Assembly (NCBI GenBank): GCA_951406725.2
Contig: OX597820.1
Span: forward strand, 122,698,001 to 122,762,000
Length of the DNA stretch: 64,000 nucleotides
Reading direction: 5' to 3'
Source: Octopus vulgaris
Lineage: Eukaryota
Shown here: positions 56,225 to 64,000 of the stretch, in pieces
Position numbering within the stretch: the first letter of the stretch is position 1
Layout of the letters: each line of letters begins with the position of its first letter
Notes under the pieces: generated by a model
Told to the model about the DNA's origin: nothing
The model's database searches: none
Seen by the model: only the letters and a program-made list of their open reading frames with translations
Translations under genes and position numbers: made by a program

Positions 56225-58254
56225 TTCAAATATCCATAAGACAATGAATCCGGGAGTTCAGAAGGAAGAAGGCGAAGTGCCTATTATCAAATGTTTGTGT
56301 CACACAGTGCTACAATTTATAACTCACCCTCAACATCGCTTGTGCCCGCATCCTCCTCCATCCTCAACGCCTCATTGAAGATCAAAACGGGTTCCGTGTC
56401 GGCGTCGCCCGGGTACAAGCGATATTTCTCATTGAGCTTCTTCAGCCTAAACGTCACGTCAAACGTTAAGACCTCCACAGCTATCTGCGGAGGCCATTCG
56501 GGATCCTGTGTGGAGGCTAAAGGTGCTCCCTTATGGTGCTTTTGCACCACCTTTTCAACCTCTCCGCTTCTATAGAAGAGGGTCAATAATTCGTTTTCCT
56601 CCGGGGGCGGGATATCCAATGTCTCTTCTCCTGCCGGTGGCACAACCCCAACCGACGTAGGTCCGGAACATTCCAGTACTATGTCACCGACTGCCGGCTA
56701 TGTCCCGTTTCTCTTCCTATTCCTCTTTTTTTCTTTCCAACTGAGGGACGTTGCGTCTCCTCCGTGACCGGGAAATTTGCCTCCCCATCCTCATCCCTAG
56801 GATCGTTCGGTGAGCACCCATTGCTGCTTACCTTCTTCCTCTTGCGGCCCTTGTTTGGGGAGTCCTCCGCCTCCTCGTCTGCCTTCATTTCCTCTTCTAC
56901 AGATGTCTCACTCAACTGCTCCAGGACCTTATTTTGTTCCTGGGGACAGTTTTTCTTTATATGACCAGACTCCAGGCACCGATAACATCTGAGGGGGTGG
57001 GGTGACCCTTAAGAATCACCGGGTACCCGCACCCGGCTATTTTCAAAAAATCTGGAAAAACCAGATTGGCTGATTGGGTCCAAAGGGTCAAAACAGCTTT
57101 TGACCCAACCCAATCAGCCACAGGAAAAACTTTCACATTAAGAAGCTTGGTTCCGCTGCCACCCAGACACCGGCGGATAGTCTCCTCTAATTCACTCGGC
57201 TTTTATCCCGGGTGGCAACCCGAAGACGCAAGCTTTCGTCAACCTACTCCCACAATACGTGGTAAGAAACAAAATTTCCTTGCCCTCCAAGGGCTAACTC
57301 ACAAATTTGTGAGCCTCTTCAGAGGTATCAAATAACAATCACACCGTTGCGTATTTGACACCCCTGGAAATGAATTTAATTGTTGGCAAATACTCCGCCA
57401 ACTCCTTATCATTAATGTCTTTTCAAATAGGGCGATGGTGTCGAGTAACTTGGAGTAGGTTTTCAATACCACCGACCTATCTTCACGGTCTTTTAACCAC
57501 TTTTTGGGCGGTATAATCTCCCACTCCAAAACTTTGTCTTTTTTCGTTGCCATGGTTCCTTTTTTTTTTAAACAGTTCGAAATTATGCTCAAAATAAAAC
57601 TTAAAAAGAGAAAAGAAAAAAGAAATCAAAAGAATGTCACAATAAAATGGAAAGGAGAAAAGGAAACAATTCACAAAAAAGAGAAAGTCAAATAAAGTTT
57701 AGAAGAAAGAAAGTCAATAGTTCAGAAACACAGCAAAAAACATCTTCCGGCCATTCGGTACTCCCGGCCTAGGTTGAACCCGGAACGCCACAACTGGAAC
57801 ACAACTTCCACAAAAAAAGGTATACAAATTGTTCAATCTTCGGAGGCAAAGACACTCCCCCAAACAGCAGTTCTCACAATTATTTTAAATTTCTTCAAAA
57901 AATGAACAAAATTTTTAGTAGACACAATACACCTCTAAGCAACAATTCTCATAATTAAGTGAGAAAAATATTCAATTAACATAAACCACTAACTAGGAAG
58001 ACGAATACGCCCCCAAACAAAAATTCTCACAATTAAGCAAGAAAATATATTCGCTCCATGCGAGTAGACCAGAATTCTGAATCAGTAGGACTTCCTGCCT
58101 GTACAAAAAAGAAATTCAACAAAAATTCCCACTGGGCCCCAAAAAACAATCTTACTTTACAGTGGAGCTTCAAAATTTTTCAATTCGAGACGGCTTCAAA
58201 AGCATGTCTCACCGGTTTGGTGCCGAACACCACACTTACTCGCACATGCGCAGT
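56223..58254 (-). mobile_element. Tx1/L1-like non-LTR element carrying only a (frameshifted) gag-like ORF1
   Basis: ATG at 57553 (MATKKDK); broken frames give VFGLPPGIKAE, FPDFLKIAGCGYPVILKG, CYRCLESGHIKKNC (CCHC knuckle, about 56945-56990) and an acidic/basic C-terminus ending at 56317; (TG)n follows about 95 bp later; 5' boundary approximate. Confidence 0.7.
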
Positions 58255-58770
58255 GGAAGCAAACTTCTTACCACACGGCAACGCCTGCGCCTAGAGTGAT
58301 GAAAAGCATATCTGACCATTGCCCAAGCAAAATGCTAGCAGAGCTCATGCACAAGTTTATTGCACCAGCTTTTATGCTTGCTACGGTTCCCTCCTACACG
58401 ACTGGGCATCAGATAGTTACCTCGCCGGCGATTATACACTGCATCTCATAAACGCTCTCCACGCTACTCACATGACCCAGAGAAAAGCCAAAGCAAGATA
58501 ACCATGGCCCAGGAATGTGGGATCGTCATCACATCAATTGCAAGCTAAATATACCCACATGTTCAGCGCAATTCCCTGCATATCTGGTTTATAACAGAAT
58601 GACCTCCCCTTTGCCTAGGGACATCTTTTAACTTATACATATGTGTGTTAGTGTGTGTGTATTTATATATGCGTGGCTTTGTGAACCGGTGTGTATATGT
58701 TCGTGAGTTTCTCAGCATCACCAAGAAATAGATACAACAAAACCCCAGCTAATATAGTTATCAATACTTG

Positions 58771-59066
58771 TTGTTCCTTCAAAAGCCATGCCTGGCACAT
58801 AAGGGCCAGTTTCCTGGTTTCTTGGCGTATAGGTTCCCCACCAGGACGGGACGCCGGTCCGTCGCAGGTGAGCTGCAAGATGCAGGAGGAAAGAGTGAGA
58901 GAAAGTACTGGCGAAAAAGTCAGAAGTTTCGCCATTACCTTCTGCCGGAGCCGCGTGGAGCTTAGGTGTTTCGCTCATAAACACACAGATCGCCCGGCCT
59001 GAGATTCGAACCCGCGATCCCTCGACCGCGAGTCCGCTGCTCTAGCCACTAGGCCATGTGCCTCCA
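58771..59066 (-). mobile_element. SINE family D with 12-bp TSD
   Basis: TATCAATA(C/T)TTG at 58759-70 and 59068-79. Confidence 0.9.
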
Positions 59067-59151
59067 CTATCAATATTTGATAAAATACCTGATATTTACA
59101 CTGCTGAGTGGTAAGTAATTCTTATTACACATGAATACTGAGACGCCGCAG

Positions 59152-59293
<142 letters not shown>

Positions 59294-59874
59294 ATGTATA
59301 TGTATATTCATGTGTGTATGTATAAATATATGAACATGATTATATGTATGTGCACGTATATGACTGTATGCATGTATTCATGTATCGATATATGTGCGTA
59401 TGAATCATGCATGTATATACGTATATATGTATGGCTTTTTTGTGAGTTATACTTAAGCTCTTGAGAGAGTTGAAGCTGGTCGCTGAATGTATGTGTGTGT
59501 GTATGTATGCATTATTTTTAAGCTTTTTTTTTTCAGCATTGATAAAATAAATACTTTTCGAATCACAAGAACAAATTTCCAATTCTAGACATCGAAGAGT
59601 ATCAATACAAATAAATATATAAGTAATAACATTTATATATAGAAGACACGTAAATAGACCAGGAACACACAAGAACACACACGCACGCACGCACACACAA
59701 ACAGATACACGCACACACGGACACTCGCAAACACATACATAGAAGTTTGTGTGTGTGTGTGTGTTTGTGTGCGTGTGTAAATATAACTGCGCGTGCACGC
59801 GTGTTTGTGTGTGTATGTTATCCAGTAATGGTGGGTTCTGAGAAAAAATGTTTGTTGATGAGCTGTGTAAAGAT

Positions 59875-59947
<73 letters not shown>

Positions 59948-60017
59948 CATACACATATATACATACATGTATGCATATGTATATGAAGGGAGAGGGTGAG
60001 AAGGTGAGGGCAGAATG

Positions 60018-60059
<42 letters not shown>

Positions 60060-60271
60060 TGTGATAGATAAGTGAATGGTTAGATAAATATTTTGAAAGT
60101 AGACAGCTAAATTGAAAATGTCGACAGGTTACGCGGCTCTGAATGATGCAAATCTCACAAGATGAAATTCTATAGCGAATTTCTCATAAACAGTAAAAGT
60201 GTTCCAATAAAAAGCAATTTCTAGATAAAAAGAATAGGGACACATAAAACATATGAGTCAACATAAAAAAA

Positions 60272-60314
60272 AACAACAACAACAACAACAGTAATAGTAA
60301 TAATAATAATAATG

Positions 60315-60348
<34 letters not shown>

Positions 60349-60415
60349 TAATAACAATAATAATAATAACAATAATAATGATGATGATGATGATAATAAT
60401 AATAACAATAATAAC

Positions 60416-60447
<32 letters not shown>

Positions 60448-60630
60448 TAATAATGATAATAATAATAATAACAATAATAATTAACAATAATAATGATGAT
60501 GATGATAATAATAATAACAATAATAATAATAATAATAATAATGATGATGATGATGATAATAATAATAACAATAATAATAATAATAACAATAATAATAATA
60601 ATGATAATAATGATGATGATGATAATAATA

Positions 60631-60669
<39 letters not shown>

Positions 60670-60770
60670 TATGATGATGATGATGATAATAATAATAACA
60701 ATAATAATAATAATGATGATGATGATGATGATGGTGAGAACGAGGAGGAGGAGGAGGAGGAGGAGGATAA
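60272..60770. repeat. (AAT/GAT/AAC/GAG)n microsatellite
   Basis: Directly visible. Confidence 0.95.
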
Positions 60771-60934
60771 CGGCAGTAATATTAATACAAATGATATCAA
60801 TAACAAGAATGAAAACAGTAAAATATAAATATAAATAATATGATTAATGTTGGTAATAAAACAAATAATGATGTGTGTTGTATAAATATAATATCAACAA
60901 GGTTGATAATGCTCTTTTCTGTATTTAATGTAAT

Positions 60935-60990
<56 letters not shown>

Positions 60991-61222
60991 CTCATCATCA
61001 CTATCATCCTCTTTCAATTATATTTCCATTTCTTGCCGAGTGTCTTCCTGACATCTAGGGCAGAGAAACTCAATGTATACATTGGTTGGCCTTTAAAATA
61101 AACACAGCAGATTGTTCATTTATAAAGTTGTGTTATAGAAAAAAAGGGAAAGAAAGAGAAAAACGAAAAAATGAAAAAAAAAAGGTTAGCAAAGAAAATA
61201 AAGGGCTAAAGGAAAAGAAAAT

Positions 61223-61592
61223 CTGTGTGGTAAGTAGCTTGTTTACCAACCACATGGTTCCGGGTTAGGTCTCACTGCGTGGCACCTTGGGCAAGTGTCT
61301 TCTACTATAGCCTCGGGCCGACCAATGCCTTATGAGTGGATTTGGTAGACGGAAACTGAAAGAAACCCGTCGTATATATGTATGTGTGAGTGTGTTTGTC
61401 CTCCTAGCATTGCTTGACAACCGATGCTAGTGTGTTTATGTCCCCGTTGCTTGGCGGTTCGGTGAAGGAGACCGATAGAATAAGTACTGGGCTTGCAAAA
61501 GAATGGGTCCCGGGGTCGAGTTGCTCGATTAAAGGCGGTGCTCCAGCATGGCCGCAGTCAAATGACTGAAACAAGTAAAAGAGTAAAAGAGA
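61223..61592 (+). mobile_element. SINE family A
   Basis: Reverse complement of 51183-51588 consensus. Confidence 0.88.
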
Positions 61593-62219
61593 GAGAGCTA
61601 CAATGCTCTTCTCAGTACGCGTGAGGTTCCAGTTAAGACCATCTCTTGCACTTCCCTGGTTTCGCTCCCGTTTTCAGAGATCATTGCAATGTAAAGCGAC
61701 ATCTTCTAGATGGTCAAAGTTCATGGCCACCTTTCGGAATCATTTAGCATCTCGCGTTCGGTTCGTCAAGGATGCCCACTCACGCCCCTTCCGTACGCGC
61801 TGGCTTTCGAGTCATTACTGCGGAAGCTGGATGTTTCGAAAGGCATCCTGCGGAAACTAGGATGCGGAGTTTTCGTGTCAGCATAAGCAGTGTCGGACGT
61901 CTTGGATATCGGGGCGATAGGCACTCCAGTAAAGGAATATGCAGCGGTGAGAGGAGCAAAGATTAACCAGAAGTCAGTGGACATGCAGCTCGGCACTTGG
62001 AGAGGCAGGTCCATACCGAACGACAGTGTCGTTGGACACCTGACGGAATGTTAAATTGTTCGGGGTTTGGTTGGTTCCAGATCTCCAAGTGGACAAGAAC
62101 TGAGAAGAGATCACAAGCAGGGTGGTGGCCAATCAAACCCAGAAATAAGGTGAGAAAAAGCTGTCCCTGAGGGGTCGGGTGGCGGTGGAAAATGCGTACA
62201 ACGCATCCATCATATATTA

Positions 62220-62449
62220 CTTATTTCTTTATTATCCACAAGGGGCTAAACAGAGAGGACGAACAAGGACAGACAAACGGATTAAGTCGATCATATCGAC
62301 CCCAGTGCGTAACTGTACTTATTTAATCGACCCCGAAAGAATGAAAGGCAAAGTCGACCTCGGCGGAATTTGAACTCAGAACGTAACGGCAGACGAAATA
62401 CGGCTACGCATTTCGCCCGGCGCGCTAACGTTTCTGCCAGCTCGCCGCC
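62220..62449 (-). mobile_element. SINE family B with 14-bp TSD
   Basis: CCATCATATATTAC at 62207-20 and 62448-61. Confidence 0.9.
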
Positions 62450-62904
62450 ATCATATATTACCGCCTGACCGTTGTTCCTTGCCCTGCATCGTGGTTGATT
62501 AAGCTGGAAGGGACAGGTTCCGCTTTGTCAGAAGGTCTATTTGTTGTCAGCATCCGCTGTGAGGCAGTTTGGGGAATACCGTGGTTAATGATGCTCAAGC
62601 AAGCGCTGAGAATGCATCATCTCCAGCGATATCTTATCAGTGAACAGGAGTGGTCACAGTTTGATCCCTGCTGCTTCCATATATGAAGACAGGGCGGTTA
62701 GCACCAAGTGTCTCCAAGTGCTCCCAGCTTTCAATCAGTCATAGACTACTATAGGGAATTAGTGGAGGGCAACAGCCACGACGTTCCGGGGGAATCTCTA
62801 TCTATTGCAGATGAGCAATTGGCTGGTCTATTCCGGAGAAGGTTCTAACGTTGGCGATGTACTACGGTGCCAGCTGTTCACTAACAGTGAACTAAAGTAA
62901 CACC

Positions 62905-63270
62905 AATTATTTGTCGAGCACCATCCGAAGTATTCGAGCGGTTCCAAGCAGTGCTGTTTTCTCCAAATGCTCCACCCTTATTGGAGCTCCTATTTATTCC
63001 ATGTACTTCTCAAGATTTTTGATCACTGTTCCCAGGGATCCGACAATTATTGGAGCTACTGCCACCTTATTCATCAACCACAACTGCTTAATCTCCCACG
63101 CTAACCTGTCATATCTATCAACTTTTCTTTCTTCCTTATCACATAACTTGTTGTCAGCTGGGAATGCTATATCTATGATCGTTTGCTCTTTTTCTCAATT
63201 AACACTGTCTAGCTTCCTATTCTCTATCTCATGGTCGCACTGAATCATAATCCCCATAGGATTATCATTT
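62905..63270 (-). pseudogene. RLE-type LINE C-terminal endonuclease fragment
   Basis: IQCDHEIENRK, IIDIAFPAD, KVDRYDRLAWEIKQLW, PIIVGSLG, LEKTALLGTARILR. Confidence 0.8.
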
Positions 63271-64000
63271 TCAATGATAACTAGATTGTAGGGTACTTCT
63301 AAGATTTTCATTTTTTTTATTCAGATTGGGTAATATTGAACCCAATGCTCCGATAACAATAGGGATAACCTTCATGTGTGACTCTCGTAGCTGCCACATC
63401 TTAGTCATCTCAATTCTCAGGACTTCATATTTACCATCTTTTTCTCTTTCTTTCCTGATGATGGGTTGATCTCGTGGCACTGCCACGTTAATCATTAGGC
63501 ACCCATGTTTGTCCCTCCTAAAGGTTACTATATCAGGCCTTCGGTGCTCTAAGGCTTTGTCTGTCTGGAAATCAAAGTCCCAGACGATTTTTGCCGTCCC
63601 CGTTTCGTCCATTACCTTTTCCAGTGTATTTTGGCACCAAGCACCCGTAACCTCATATCCATGCATACGGCATAGCAGCCAGTGAATGTTTTGGGTTACC
63701 TTGTCGTGTCTACGCTTGTACTTTTTCTGCGCAAGACTTTCAAAAGTACTAAGAATGTGAGTCACATTTTCGACCCTCTTACCACACACTCTGCAGAGGT
63801 CCGTTGCACTTGTGTGGCATATATTCTTTATCACTGAGTTGGTATTCAATGCCTGGTCCTGGGCCGCGATGGTTAGACTTCCAGTATTTTGTTTTAGGTC
63901 ACCCTTGTTGAGCCACCTCCATGATGCTTCCTGGTATTTTCATTTGTTAGTTTCACGGTGGAACTGACCATGTAATTCCATACGGAGTAGATTTTCTTCT
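63271..64000 (-). pseudogene. RLE-type (R4/Dong-like) LINE zinc knuckle + endonuclease region, continues past window
   Basis: CRVCGKRVENVTHILS, YKRRHD, WDFDFQTD, RRPDIV, INVAVP, EKDGKYEVL, IPIVIGALG. Confidence 0.9.

Noticed and set aside
61600-62890. GC-richer segment that may be a decayed L1/Tx1 ORF2 3' region
   Set aside because: No unambiguous motif by eye, and it lies upstream of the ORF1 element on the minus strand, so it cannot be its missing ORF2

Overview
Eukaryotic, AT-rich DNA saturated with microsatellites and transposons. The repeat repertoire (tRNA-headed SINE families, very long (TA)n/(ATT)n/(GATA)n tracts, TTAGGG) suggests a cephalopod such as Octopus; that assignment is an inference. 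No intact host protein-coding exon, rRNA, true tRNA or CRISPR array can be supported, and most track ORFs are microsatellite translations. Recognisable elements are: a 5'-truncated Penelope-like element (RT + GIY-YIG) inserted in (TA)n; many RLE-type (R4/Dong-like) and RTE LINE remnants; a Gypsy integrase remnant; two decayed mariners; a piggyBac-type MITE; and five SINE families. The most notable observations are: (1) about 9-10 dispersed, sequence-diverse minimal type-I hammerhead ribozyme motifs, mostly in 150-300 bp units docked into microsatellites; (2) a ~430 bp MITE with 8-bp TSDs carrying telomeric TTAGGG repeats, present in 6 copies; (3) a Tx1/L1-like element that appears to carry only ORF1 (gag-like CCHC); (4) tail-to-tail inverted duplications of element ends around (TA)n; (5) a multi-template inverted insertion inside a SINE. 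All identifications were made by eye; no database searches or folding programs were run.
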